The notes beneath the pieces are model-generated. The model did not search any database and had not been told where the DNA came from. It saw nothing but the letters and a program-made list of their open reading frames with translations. A stretch of DNA of 64,000 bases from a virus, in the IMG/VR virus record IMGVR_UViG_3300037010_000793, positions 1 to 64,000 of that record, one strand, 5' to 3'. The position numbers and the translations under genes were made by a program. Below, one piece after another: positions 10,549-19,220 of this stretch; within the stretch, counting starts at the first letter, position 1; each line of letters opens with the position of its first letter.

Positions 10549-11025
10549 CTATTTAGTTGTCTTTTTCGGTAATATGTCATGTTCTGTCAACACGATAAAC
10601 TTTACCCCTTTCATTTTTGCATACTCGCTCGCAGCTTTCCATTTAGCTTGATTCTTTTCGTACGTTTGCATCTGAGTAACGAATCGATCAACTGCTTTCT
10701 TTGTTTTTGTTTTTGGCATCTTTGGCGGTATTGTTTCAGCATACGGTTTAACTTCAATCAAACAAATCTCATCTGGTTGATCTTTTCGATGAAAGCATAC
10801 AATAAAATCCACAAAGTATCTATGGTGCTTCTTATCTAATTCAAGATAGTACGGAATAATCATGCCTTCAGAGTTCCACCATTTAATTGTTGGATTCTGA
10901 TCAAAGAAAATCATACATCTTCGTTCCCATGAACTTCGATAGAATATCTCACGAATATCAGTTTTGCAAAGATATTTTTGCGGATTTATAGGAATATATC
11001 TACCTTGCTTAAATCTAACTGCCAT
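10549..11025 (-). CDS. gp4: Head completion nuclease gp4
   Basis: GRYIPINPQKY, YRSSWE, HRYFVDF, IEVKP, NQAKWKAA, FIVLTE. Confidence 0.95.
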   Translation of the reverse strand: MAVRFKQGRYIPINPQKYLCKTDIREIFYRSSWERRCMIFFDQNPTIKWWNSEGMIIPYYLELDKKHHRYFVDFIVCFHRKDQPDEICLIEVKPYAETIPPKMPKTKTKKAVDRFVTQMQTYEKNQAKWKAASEYAKMKGVKFIVLTEHDILPKKTTK

Positions 11026-11136
11026 AAGTATCCCAAGTTAATTATACGATGCCCGAAGTTCACAGGTTTAATCCAAAAAGAAAAGATATATATTTTATCA
11101 TCTAACTTGATTATAATTAAACCTGAGTGATTCTGT

Positions 11137-11715
11137 CTAGTTCTTATGCATTTCTGCAATAGGTAAGAATAACATTGACTCCCACAACTCAGGAGGGACA
11201 ATAGTCACATGCGATCTCATTTGTGTCCATAAGTATCGTTTTACCATGGAACCAATTATTTTATCGTTAGCAAGATTCACGCTAATTTCATAGTCTAATT
11301 TCAAACGCTTGATATCATTTTTACTATTGCGAACTGCTGATCTTAAAAACGCAATAAAAATCTTCTGTCTAATTACAGGTGGAACATGGTGCAAGTTTAA
11401 CCCAAGAAACCCGTTGTCATAGATGTTCAAAACAAATATTAATGGAAACGCATCCCATACTGGTAATGTGTCTTTATATTTTGGATCATAATGAAACAGG
11501 TACATTTGACCTGGCTTCAGTTTATATACTTTCTTAAGAGTACCGTTTAATAATTTGTTTCTTGTTGCAGTTACACGGTCTTTACCAATCCTAGTAACAA
11601 ATTGACGTAAAAAAGTTAAGCTTTCTGATTTTGACTTGAAGTCGTGTTTGAGTACTGCAGTTTCAATACGTTTAAGTACTGCAGGCATATTCTCTGGTTT
11701 TACTGAAATATCCAT
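11137..11715 (-). CDS. gp2: DNA end protector gp2
   Basis: PGQMYLFHYDPKYKDTLPVWDAFPLI, FLGLNLHH, VKRYL. Confidence 0.95.
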   Translation of the reverse strand: MDISVKPENMPAVLKRIETAVLKHDFKSKSESLTFLRQFVTRIGKDRVTATRNKLLNGTLKKVYKLKPGQMYLFHYDPKYKDTLPVWDAFPLIFVLNIYDNGFLGLNLHHVPPVIRQKIFIAFLRSAVRNSKNDIKRLKLDYEISVNLANDKIIGSMVKRYLWTQMRSHVTIVPPELWESMLFLPIAEMHKN

Positions 11716-11726
11716 TTAAATCCTCC

Positions 11727-11761
11727 AAAAACAAAAAAGGTGAAGCAATGGCTTCACCTTT
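11727..11761 (-). terminator. Rho-independent terminator after gp32
   Basis: 11-bp stem aaaggtgaagc/gcttcaccttt with a U-tract on the minus strand. Confidence 0.8.
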
Positions 11762-11858
11762 AAGGATCTGTCGATTTTAATAAACCTCCTACTAAAATCA
11801 ACAACATTGCCAAACAGGAACAACGCTTGACTTGTTATTTTGTCGTCCTCGATTCTAT

Positions 11859-12794
11859 TTATACACCAAGAGCAGCTAGAATATCGTCAATAGAATCATC
11901 ACCAGAGCTTGTTGCTTTCACCTTCGGTGTGCTTGCTTTAGTAGGTACAACTGCCTCGTCTTCCCATGGTGGTACATCATCTTGATGTGTAGGTTGAGCT
12001 GGTTTTGCTTTGGTTGAAGGTGCAATAGTTTTTCCAGTAGCTTGCAACCACTTGTTAAAGTGAGGATCAGCGCCAAACACTTGAATCATAGCCTTAAGCT
12101 TTTCGTCATATGACTTGTTTTTACTAGGATCAACAAACATCGCGTTCAAATCTACAGCATGACTAAAGATTTCTTCAGTTTCTTCATCTGTCTTACCTAC
12201 GCTAGTAATCTTTTCTTCGAATACTGAATCATCATAGTTACGGTAACCTGCTAGGTTCTTAATTTTCATTCGGAAGTTTTTACCTTCGAATAAATCGAAC
12301 ACGTTATACGATTCGTCTTCAGCATACTCAGGGATTAACTGTGCTTTGATCTTATCTTGAATCTTAGTACCGTACTTAAGGATGAATACTTTACCTTCAT
12401 TTTCAGCATTGCCTGGATCGCGGACAACGTAGCAGTTAGCGTACATTGATGTATTTTGCTTCAGCTTTTGTTCTTTAGCTACATCTTCATTACCGTTTTT
12501 CCATAACCAGTTGATGTACTCCGCCATTGGATCTTCACGGCTACCAAAAGTACGAGCAGCTAGCTCTGAGTAAACTTTACCAGTAACTGGGTGTGTGAAA
12601 TAGTAGCTATATGTAGTTACATGAGGTAATTGGTTTAGATCTGGTTGAGGCAAGAATCGTAAAATTGCACTACCATTACCAGCTGAATCGACTGTTGCTT
12701 TCCAGAAATTACCACCAGAACGGGTTTCTTGTGTATTAGCCGCAGTTGTCATGTTGTTTAGAAGAGATTTCATTTGTTCACGAAGTTTTGACAT
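11859..12794 (-). CDS. gp32: Single-stranded DNA-binding protein gp32
   Basis: FWKATVDSAGNGSAILRFLP, YANCYVVRDPGNAENEGKVF, GYRNYDDSVF, acidic tail; start moved to ATG 12794 (SD AAGGA). Confidence 0.96.
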   Translation of the reverse strand: MSKLREQMKSLLNNMTTAANTQETRSGGNFWKATVDSAGNGSAILRFLPQPDLNQLPHVTTYSYYFTHPVTGKVYSELAARTFGSREDPMAEYINWLWKNGNEDVAKEQKLKQNTSMYANCYVVRDPGNAENEGKVFILKYGTKIQDKIKAQLIPEYAEDESYNVFDLFEGKNFRMKIKNLAGYRNYDDSVFEEKITSVGKTDEETEEIFSHAVDLNAMFVDPSKNKSYDEKLKAMIQVFGADPHFNKWLQATGKTIAPSTKAKPAQPTHQDDVPPWEDEAVVPTKASTPKVKATSSGDDSIDDILAALGV

Positions 12795-12904
12795 TTCATT
12801 TTCCTTTAATTTGCATTTTAATAGCATGTTTTTAACATAAATTGAATGATTAATAACCCAAATCAAACAAAGGGATTATGTGGGAAGAGCTATCTTCCCT
12901 ACTT

Positions 12905-12912
12905 TATTTATA
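12905..12912 (-). promoter_or_regulatory. T4-type late promoter TATAAATA upstream of the gp32 leader
   Basis: Exact TATAAATA on the minus strand in the intergenic gap. Confidence 0.7.
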
Positions 12913-12916
12913 GAGA

Positions 12917-13138
12917 TCAAATACGCTCAATGGTATTTTTCTTGATCATTGTCACCGCTGAGTTAGTCTCTGCAAAGTATTTGCCTTTGCTAGGACCTGA
13001 TGTGATTTCAAATTTAACTAATGTACCAACATCGTTAACATCACCAATGGCTGAACGATCAACGTCCATCTCTTTAGCAATTGAATCAATTAATTTTGCA
13101 ATATATGATTCATTTATAAACTCTTTAAATGTTTTCAA
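12917..13138 (-). CDS. Putative internally initiated 73-aa protein MKTFKEFINE... (capsid-targeting signal)
   Basis: GAGGT Shine-Dalgarno, 7-nt spacer, then TTG at 13138, in frame with the larger ORF. Confidence 0.6.
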   Translation of the reverse strand: MKTFKEFINESYIAKLIDSIAKEMDVDRSAIGDVNDVGTLVKFEITSGPSKGKYFAETNSAVTMIKKNTIERI

Positions 13139-13648
13139 TTTATTTACCTCTGTAGTTATCATACTGCTAACAATACCAGCATTGACTAATTTATTATATT
13201 CAAGACTTATCAAACTAGATAATTCGCTAACTAGTAACAAGTCGTTAGATTCGATTAAATTAAATGTTTTATTATAGCTGTAAATCAGTATTACATTTGC
13301 GCAAGATTTACACCAGATTTTATCAATATCAATTACTTCTGTTTTTGTTTTAACATCAAAAGCTTTTGCATAACCCGAAATTAAAAATCTTTTCCATACT
13401 GATATTGACACAGCAGTTTGTTCATTATCTGAAATAAGATACCCATGATTGATATTAATAGCAATATCACGATAAAACTCTTCTGTTAATCTACCTTCTT
13501 TAGTTGCGGGTGATTTGATTAACTCTGTAGTTTCATATAATCTTGTTTTATTCTCCCTTAACAACCTAGTAGCGATTATTGGGATACCATCTTGTATTAG
13601 ATATGCAAATATCTCTTTAGTCGGTTTGAACGGAGAATCAATATACAC
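12917..13648 (-). CDS. Degenerate GNAT-like protein fused in frame to a small internal-head-protein-like ORF
   Basis: FYRDIAININHGYLISDNEQTAVSISVWKRF aligns with LYELLVTREKLNLISDVEQYFGARKLWSKL of 29369..30013. Confidence 0.5.
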   Translation of the reverse strand: MYIDSPFKPTKEIFAYLIQDGIPIIATRLLRENKTRLYETTELIKSPATKEGRLTEEFYRDIAININHGYLISDNEQTAVSISVWKRFLISGYAKAFDVKTKTEVIDIDKIWCKSCANVILIYSYNKTFNLIESNDLLLVSELSSLISLEYNKLVNAGIVSSMITTEVNKLKTFKEFINESYIAKLIDSIAKEMDVDRSAIGDVNDVGTLVKFEITSGPSKGKYFAETNSAVTMIKKNTIERI

Positions 13649-13743
13649 TAACCTAGAATTAGGTACACTTACTTTTCATACGCATAGTCAAGATACAACT
13701 TTAATAGTGAATTCCAACTTGCAATAACTAAGTGTTTATTGCA

Positions 13744-13766
13744 GTCACCTAAATTAATTAGGTGAC
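13744..13766. terminator. Hairpin downstream of the acidic protein gene
   Basis: gtcacctaa/ttaggtgac perfect 9-bp inverted repeat; no clear U-tract. Confidence 0.45.
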
Positions 13767-13781
13767 ATACACAGTATATTG

Positions 13782-14036
13782 CTAATCGTCGTAATCTTCA
13801 TCAGTGTCTATTAGATCATACTCGTCTTCATCATACTCATACTCGTCGCGATTGCTTTCCTGATTATACAAAGCGTCAACCAAATCTTGGTCAAGGTCAA
13901 TACCTAAATCATTAGCGCAAAAGTCAATAAGATCATCGACTGTAGCAAAATCGGTATAAACATCACCCGTATTAGTAGACACCACATACGTATTATTTTT
14001 ATCATCAAAAAAGATGCTAATTTCTAAATCGTCCAT
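13782..14036 (-). CDS. Small, extremely acidic protein
   Basis: About 30 of 84 residues are D/E and only 2 are K/R; SD AAGGA; CATAAATA upstream. Confidence 0.75.
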   Translation of the reverse strand: MDDLEISIFFDDKNNTYVVSTNTGDVYTDFATVDDLIDFCANDLGIDLDQDLVDALYNQESNRDEYEYDEDEYDLIDTDEDYDD

Positions 14037-14069
14037 TTTACTTCCTTGTGTATTTTTGTTATTTATGAA

Positions 14070-14618
14070 TTAAAAAAGCGTTGCACTAGGAGATACACCT
14101 TTAATCATTCGTTTGTTAGCCAATTCAGCCATCAAACGCTCTTTCATAGTTGGTGTAATTAATTCAGCAATGTCATACTCATCCATGTCTGTCGCAGTTT
14201 CAAGGTATGCTAATATTTTATCAAAGTTGGATAGCTCGATTGAGTCTGATACAGCATCTAAAATTGTTGATTCAAGATTAGCGCTGATGACGCTCTGTTG
14301 ATTTTTAATAGTAGCATATTTAATATCAAATGTATCATATACTTTCCAAACAGTTGCACGATCAATAACTTTAGAACCGATTCTAAATGGATTATCAATA
14401 GTGATGTCAAGATATTCAAACATCAATCCAATAACAACTTTATAATACAACTCAGTAATCATGTTTCGATTAACGACAATTAATGACGTGTCTGAAGGTC
14501 CAATAAACGATAAAGGGATACCGTCGATAACAACTTCATATTGCTTTGGATTGGTGCATGCATATACGTCGCCATTTACACCGTAGTTAGCTTTAATTAA
14601 GAATTCTAATGTAATCAT
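14070..14618 (-). CDS. gp33: Late transcription coactivator gp33-like, with N-terminal extension
   Basis: C-terminal IAELITPTMKERLMAELANKRMIKG..ATLF resembles gp33; located between rnh/FmdB and gp32. Confidence 0.65.
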   Translation of the reverse strand: MITLEFLIKANYGVNGDVYACTNPKQYEVVIDGIPLSFIGPSDTSLIVVNRNMITELYYKVVIGLMFEYLDITIDNPFRIGSKVIDRATVWKVYDTFDIKYATIKNQQSVISANLESTILDAVSDSIELSNFDKILAYLETATDMDEYDIAELITPTMKERLMAELANKRMIKGVSPSATLF

Positions 14619-14884
14619 GATATGTCGCTCTGTACCTTTAAACCTAGGTCTTTATTTAAGTTATTAATTTTATCTTTATACCAGCTAGGTACTTGCATAC
14701 CAGAAGTGCTTGATTTGCCTCCTGTTGTACTGAACCCAGTACCGGCAGAGATAATTTGCTGAATACAGTGATCAGCAGAACACGACGGGCACGGTAATGC
14801 TTCAGGCGCCTTCCTTTCTGAAACTGAATGGCTTTCATCCCAAGTATGATTACATTCTTTGCAATTATATGTGTATAGCGGCAT
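14615..14884 (-). CDS. FmdB-family zinc-ribbon regulatory protein
   Basis: MPLYTYNCKECNH...CPSC. Confidence 0.88.
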   Translation of the reverse strand: MPLYTYNCKECNHTWDESHSVSERKAPEALPCPSCSADHCIQQIISAGTGFSTTGGKSSTSGMQVPSWYKDKINNLNKDLGLKVQSDIS

Positions 14885-14892
14885 AACTCTCC

Positions 14893-15798
14893 TTAAATCT
14901 CAGCGATAGAATCTAACAACATTCTCAAACGATTCTTAGCAAAATACTGTTGTAGTTTCATGATAGACGTTGGCTTCTGCGAATCATATTGTTCGATGCA
15001 TTTATCTTGCAACTCAACTGGGATCATGGTAAAATCTACTAGCATTTTATTACGTTCGTATCTTGCTAATGTTTCGTCATTAGGACAGAATAACTTTGGA
15101 TTAAACCCTGTATTCATAGCCTCAGTGAAGAATTTAGATGTAACAGATTTTTGCTTTTCTTTAATACCATCAGTTCGGCGTTTAAAGAATTCATCATCAG
15201 AGAAAATATTAGGGATAGCATCACCTGAATCACCTCCGATAATCTTATGTTGCAAATCAATTAACGGACTGTCTTTTGGTTTAACTAACTTCTTGGTGAT
15301 TGGTGAATACTGTTCCACATTGGGGTAGCGTTGTAGTTGAACTAAATCTCCATCAGTAGAGATAATCCGTACCTTTCCATATGAAGCTGCTCGAGGCGCA
15401 AGGATACCGATAACATCATCAGCCTCAAGACTTTTGACACGAATTACTTTCCATGGGAATACTTCGTCAATTTCGTCAATAAGCTCTTCTAAGATTGGAA
15501 ATAACGACTTATAGTCAATATCTGACTCTTCACGACCTGATTTTCGTGTACCTTTATAGAATGGTAAAATATCACGGCGCCAGTATGGTGCAGAATCAAC
15601 TGCGATGATGCATTCTGATGGTTTGGTCTTCATGTTTTTGTAATAAAGAATAGAACCAATCATAGCGCTTTTGAATTTAACTGGTTCAATTGTCCGTTTA
15701 CCTGATTCAGTAACACTCCAATCACCTTTATTAAACAATCCATGAAGCGTTGCGTGAAAAATACCAGAGAGGTCAATTATAACTGTTGTTTTATTCAT
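14893..15798 (-). CDS. rnh: RNase H (T4-type 5'-3' exonuclease)
   Basis: YWRRDILPFYKGTR, EADDVIG, STDGDLVQLQ, GDSGDAIPN. Confidence 0.96.
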   Translation of the reverse strand: MNKTTVIIDLSGIFHATLHGLFNKGDWSVTESGKRTIEPVKFKSAMIGSILYYKNMKTKPSECIIAVDSAPYWRRDILPFYKGTRKSGREESDIDYKSLFPILEELIDEIDEVFPWKVIRVKSLEADDVIGILAPRAASYGKVRIISTDGDLVQLQRYPNVEQYSPITKKLVKPKDSPLIDLQHKIIGGDSGDAIPNIFSDDEFFKRRTDGIKEKQKSVTSKFFTEAMNTGFNPKLFCPNDETLARYERNKMLVDFTMIPVELQDKCIEQYDSQKPTSIMKLQQYFAKNRLRMLLDSIAEI

Positions 15799-15904
15799 GT
15801 AACTCCGATGTTAATTAGTTGATAAAATATGAATTTTAAGGGTGATATTTTCGAGTAAGAACTACTCTAAGAGAATACTAGATTTTTAGATGATTTGCAT
15901 TATA

Positions 15905-16978
15905 TTATTTCCAAATATAACCCATTAGCAGCTCACTTCTTTCTGAAACACGCTTAGCCATTGCTGTTGACATTTTAACACTGAATAAGAATGATGAACT
16001 CGTTCTAATACGCAACATATTTTTAGAAGAATCGACTGCAAGATATGTTAGTTGCGGAATTGTATAGTTCTTCTCGTTAGGAAGTGTTATAGTTGGGTTT
16101 TCCCAGACTGAGTATTCAACGCTAGGTGATAACTGAATGTATTCAGGTAGACCTTTTTCTAGTGGAAGAGATAAAATACCACCAGACCGGTCACCAATAC
16201 CACTTATAATATTAGCATTAATTAATACGTTAACCAGATGCTTAATATCATTTGGGTGAATAACCACATTAACATTGTATGACATTACAACATCATCTAA
16301 TCCTAATGGGTCAACCTTAATATTGCTTACTGATATTTTCGCGTACTCTTTAAAGAGTTCATTAAATTTTTGTACAGCGTTATACTGGTTAATCACAATG
16401 CTTTTAGCTGTTTGTTGTTGCATATTGACAACTGAAACAGAATTAGCTAAGTACTTTCCTCGTTGTTCTTTAATCCATCCATCTATTTCTGTAATCTGTC
16501 TATTATATACTGAAACATCATCTTTGTAAACATTTATTTGTTGAGTTGCTAATTTATCTTGAATCAGCTTCAACGATGATATCTGAGATGCAATATTATC
16601 ATTTTGGTATATTAAAGCCTCAATATGTTTCTGCTGATCTTCATCATAACTAGCAATAACTGACACAAAATACAGAACATCGCCATTCGATTCGTAAACC
16701 TTATACTTAGATGTTACTTTATAATCCATCAACGCCGAGGTGATAACTGATGTAGCTGTTCTTGACGACGTATTAGATTCAGTTCTAATTAAATCCTTAT
16801 CAACACTAACTAACACCTTACTAGATTCAGCCGCGTTAGCAAGAGCAAGACTAGTTGCGATTTTATATCCAGTAACATCGTCTTCAGTACTAGCAGCATA
16901 TTGAGCTTCACCAGTTGATTTGATAACAGCACCATAAGATGAAAAACTCAATAACAAAATCAAGAACATCAGTTTCAT
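15905..16978 (-). CDS. Secreted protein with LPP20/FlgT-N-like N-terminal domain
   Basis: Signal peptide; GEAQ...ATSLALANAAE..V pattern; adjacent to the LPP20 lipoprotein gene. Confidence 0.45.
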   Translation of the reverse strand: MKLMFLILLLSFSSYGAVIKSTGEAQYAASTEDDVTGYKIATSLALANAAESSKVLVSVDKDLIRTESNTSSRTATSVITSALMDYKVTSKYKVYESNGDVLYFVSVIASYDEDQQKHIEALIYQNDNIASQISSLKLIQDKLATQQINVYKDDVSVYNRQITEIDGWIKEQRGKYLANSVSVVNMQQQTAKSIVINQYNAVQKFNELFKEYAKISVSNIKVDPLGLDDVVMSYNVNVVIHPNDIKHLVNVLINANIISGIGDRSGGILSLPLEKGLPEYIQLSPSVEYSVWENPTITLPNEKNYTIPQLTYLAVDSSKNMLRIRTSSSFLFSVKMSTAMAKRVSERSELLMGYIWK

Positions 16979-16984
16979 GACTTT

Positions 16985-17572
16985 TTACTCAGCTAACGGA
17001 ACGAACTTAGGCTCGATTTCTTTAGCAACACGCTCAACCAATTTAGCATGATCAGTCGTTAACGTACCGGTATTTGCTTCATTATTCCGTGAAAACGGTA
17101 AAAATACCATAACATATGCACGGACAAACTTACCGTCTTGTTTTACTTCACGTTTAACAATTCGATACCCTGCCATGTTTTGACGTGCAGTAAACTCATC
17201 GGTTACTAATGAAGAGCTTTTATTTGTAGTACCATCAAGGCCTTTCTTTTGCATCAATGCTTTTTGTTGAGACATAAGATTGTTAGATTTGCTAGCTAAC
17301 TCAGACAACGCAATTGTTCGCGCATCATCTAGCGCAATCTGTATATCGTCTGCAAAGCTTGTACCAACAGCATACATACCATTATCATCTGATTGATTAT
17401 AATCTAAGAACCAATCTGGTACATTTTCCAGTTGTTTTTGTACATTCTTAGTTTGCTTAATTTCAATCTGCTCTTGTTGCTTTGCAATTCGTTCTTGTAC
17501 TGTTGGACTTGAACAACCGCTTAACACTAGAGCTACTGTAGCAGCTAAAATTAGTTTCTTCATTTCAAACAT
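16985..17572 (-). CDS. LPP20-family outer-membrane lipoprotein
   Basis: Lipobox LSGC; VPDWF, YAVG, ARTIALSELA, RAYVMV. Confidence 0.75.
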   Translation of the reverse strand: MFEMKKLILAATVALVLSGCSSPTVQERIAKQQEQIEIKQTKNVQKQLENVPDWFLDYNQSDDNGMYAVGTSFADDIQIALDDARTIALSELASKSNNLMSQQKALMQKKGLDGTTNKSSSLVTDEFTARQNMAGYRIVKREVKQDGKFVRAYVMVFLPFSRNNEANTGTLTTDHAKLVERVAKEIEPKFVPLAE

Positions 17573-17607
17573 CCTATTTCAATTAGTGTAAACCACACTG
17601 TAGACAC

Positions 17608-17638
17608 ATTATATACTAACACTGTGCAAAAGTAAACA
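17608..17638 (-). promoter_or_regulatory. Early promoter (GTTTAC...TATAAT)
   Basis: Sigma70-type T4-like early consensus upstream of the lipoprotein. Confidence 0.75.
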
Positions 17639-17648
17639 TGTTTTTCAA

Positions 17649-17903
17649 TTAATACCAAATAAATTTGCTACTGTTAATCGGCTGGTTGTTATTTCGAGCT
17701 CGGCTAGCATGCGCCATTGGAGAATCATATCCACATTTACTTAATGTACGAAGCATATCATGAATAGCCGGCTGAATTTCCTGGCTAGAGTTAACACGAA
17801 CTTCTATGATAGGCTTTCGTGTTTTTAAAGAAATAATACGGCAACCAAACAAGTTGTTTCCTAAAGCTGTTACATTTGTATCTAACGTTTCTACTGGTTT
17901 CAT
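17649..17903 (-). CDS. Hypothetical protein (start reassigned to MKPVETL)
   Basis: SD AAGGA before the ATG; the longer ORF-track start overlaps the promoter. Confidence 0.6.
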   Translation of the reverse strand: MKPVETLDTNVTALGNNLFGCRIISLKTRKPIIEVRVNSSQEIQPAIHDMLRTLSKCGYDSPMAHASRARNNNQPINSSKFIWY

Positions 17904-17937
17904 TTCAATATCCTTTGTTAATTTATCTGTCATGATT

Positions 17938-17967
17938 ATTATAATACGTGTAATTCCAAATGTAAAC
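17938..17967 (-). promoter_or_regulatory. Early promoter
   Basis: GTTTACA-N17-TATAAT. Confidence 0.75.
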
Positions 17968-17982
17968 AACTTTAGATAAATT

Positions 17983-19218
17983 TTACCAACCTTTTATTAC
18001 TCTGCTTGAAAAATTGTAATGCGAGAAGCTCAAACGATCAACGAGCTTTACTGTATTCGACGACAACTTATCAACTACAACAACGCCTTCACTACCAGTG
18101 ACTTGAAACCCATCAGCTGTTTTAATGAATGTTTTCATATTACTAATTTTATCAAAATGATTAATAATCATAACTTTAGCGTTAACCAAAGCAATCTGTA
18201 GGTCAAACAGCATGCTAAGGTTATCAATATTTGACTCATCGAAGAATTTTAATATCTCAGATCTCTTATCATATTGGGTTTGTTTTCCGCGAGCAGTAAC
18301 TCTTTTTTCAGCTTCAGCTTCATATCTGTTATGAATCCAATCGATTAAACCTAATACATGTTTCTTAGAGTCTGTAATAAACATACCTTGTCTAATATGC
18401 GAATTGTTGTATATTTCAATTAACTTAGTAAGCTCTTTATTTTCTGATAGTACCAACAAAGTATTGCTTGCAATTTTATTAAAAATCTTACGAACTGTAT
18501 TGATAAGATCTGTGAGGTCTTGAGTCTCGCCTTTGGTCAATGTAACCGTACCCGCAAAGTTATGAATCTCTGCGCTTGATACCCACACATTATCGTTATA
18601 CTCAAAATCTTTTGACGTTACATCTGAACTTGCGACCAAACTAGATAGCGTGCTACCAGTATATTTTGTGTGAAATACGACACCTATGTTAGTCTTCACT
18701 ATGTACTCGCCAAATTCTGAATCTTGAGGTACCGCGTAAACAATAGTGTTAGGATGCATTAACCAATATGATTTACCGTCAATCACGTCAGATTCTATAT
18801 CTGTTCTAATATGTAGCAAGTCGCCTTGATAGATGCCTGACTTTACTACTAATGGTAGCCAGCGTAATGCGGCAATAAAACGTTCCTGGAGAGCTGGAGG
18901 TAAGTTAGATGATAATACACCTTGTTCAGACGTATAATATTGCGGATCTGTATTGAATAACGACTTTTTAGCAACAAAAAACTCATTAGTTTCAGGATGA
19001 TAACCGCAGATGATACTAGGATTTCCATCAATCTTCATAGTAGTATTGATATGCGCTTTAGTGCTGCCTGCTAATTCGTCTCTAACGTCTGATAGAATGC
19101 TAATAGCATTTTGTATTTGAATTACGCCTTGGTACGTCAACTCTTCAATATGAGGTAGATGCAATAGTTTAGATGCATTTGTTTGATTTTGTAATTTATT
19201 AAACTCGCTAAATTTCAT
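17983..19218 (-). CDS. Conserved far-T4 protein (DUF6267-like) with ligase-type KxDG motif
   Basis: HLPHIEE, TMKIDGNPSIICG, FFVAKKSLFN, YQGDLL, HPNTIVY, GVVFHTKY, EGVV, VKLVDRLSFS. Confidence 0.7.
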   Translation of the reverse strand: MKFSEFNKLQNQTNASKLLHLPHIEELTYQGVIQIQNAISILSDVRDELAGSTKAHINTTMKIDGNPSIICGYHPETNEFFVAKKSLFNTDPQYYTSEQGVLSSNLPPALQERFIAALRWLPLVVKSGIYQGDLLHIRTDIESDVIDGKSYWLMHPNTIVYAVPQDSEFGEYIVKTNIGVVFHTKYTGSTLSSLVASSDVTSKDFEYNDNVWVSSAEIHNFAGTVTLTKGETQDLTDLINTVRKIFNKIASNTLLVLSENKELTKLIEIYNNSHIRQGMFITDSKKHVLGLIDWIHNRYEAEAEKRVTARGKQTQYDKRSEILKFFDESNIDNLSMLFDLQIALVNAKVMIINHFDKISNMKTFIKTADGFQVTGSEGVVVVDKLSSNTVKLVDRLSFSHYNFSSRVIKGW

Positions 19219-19220
19219 TT

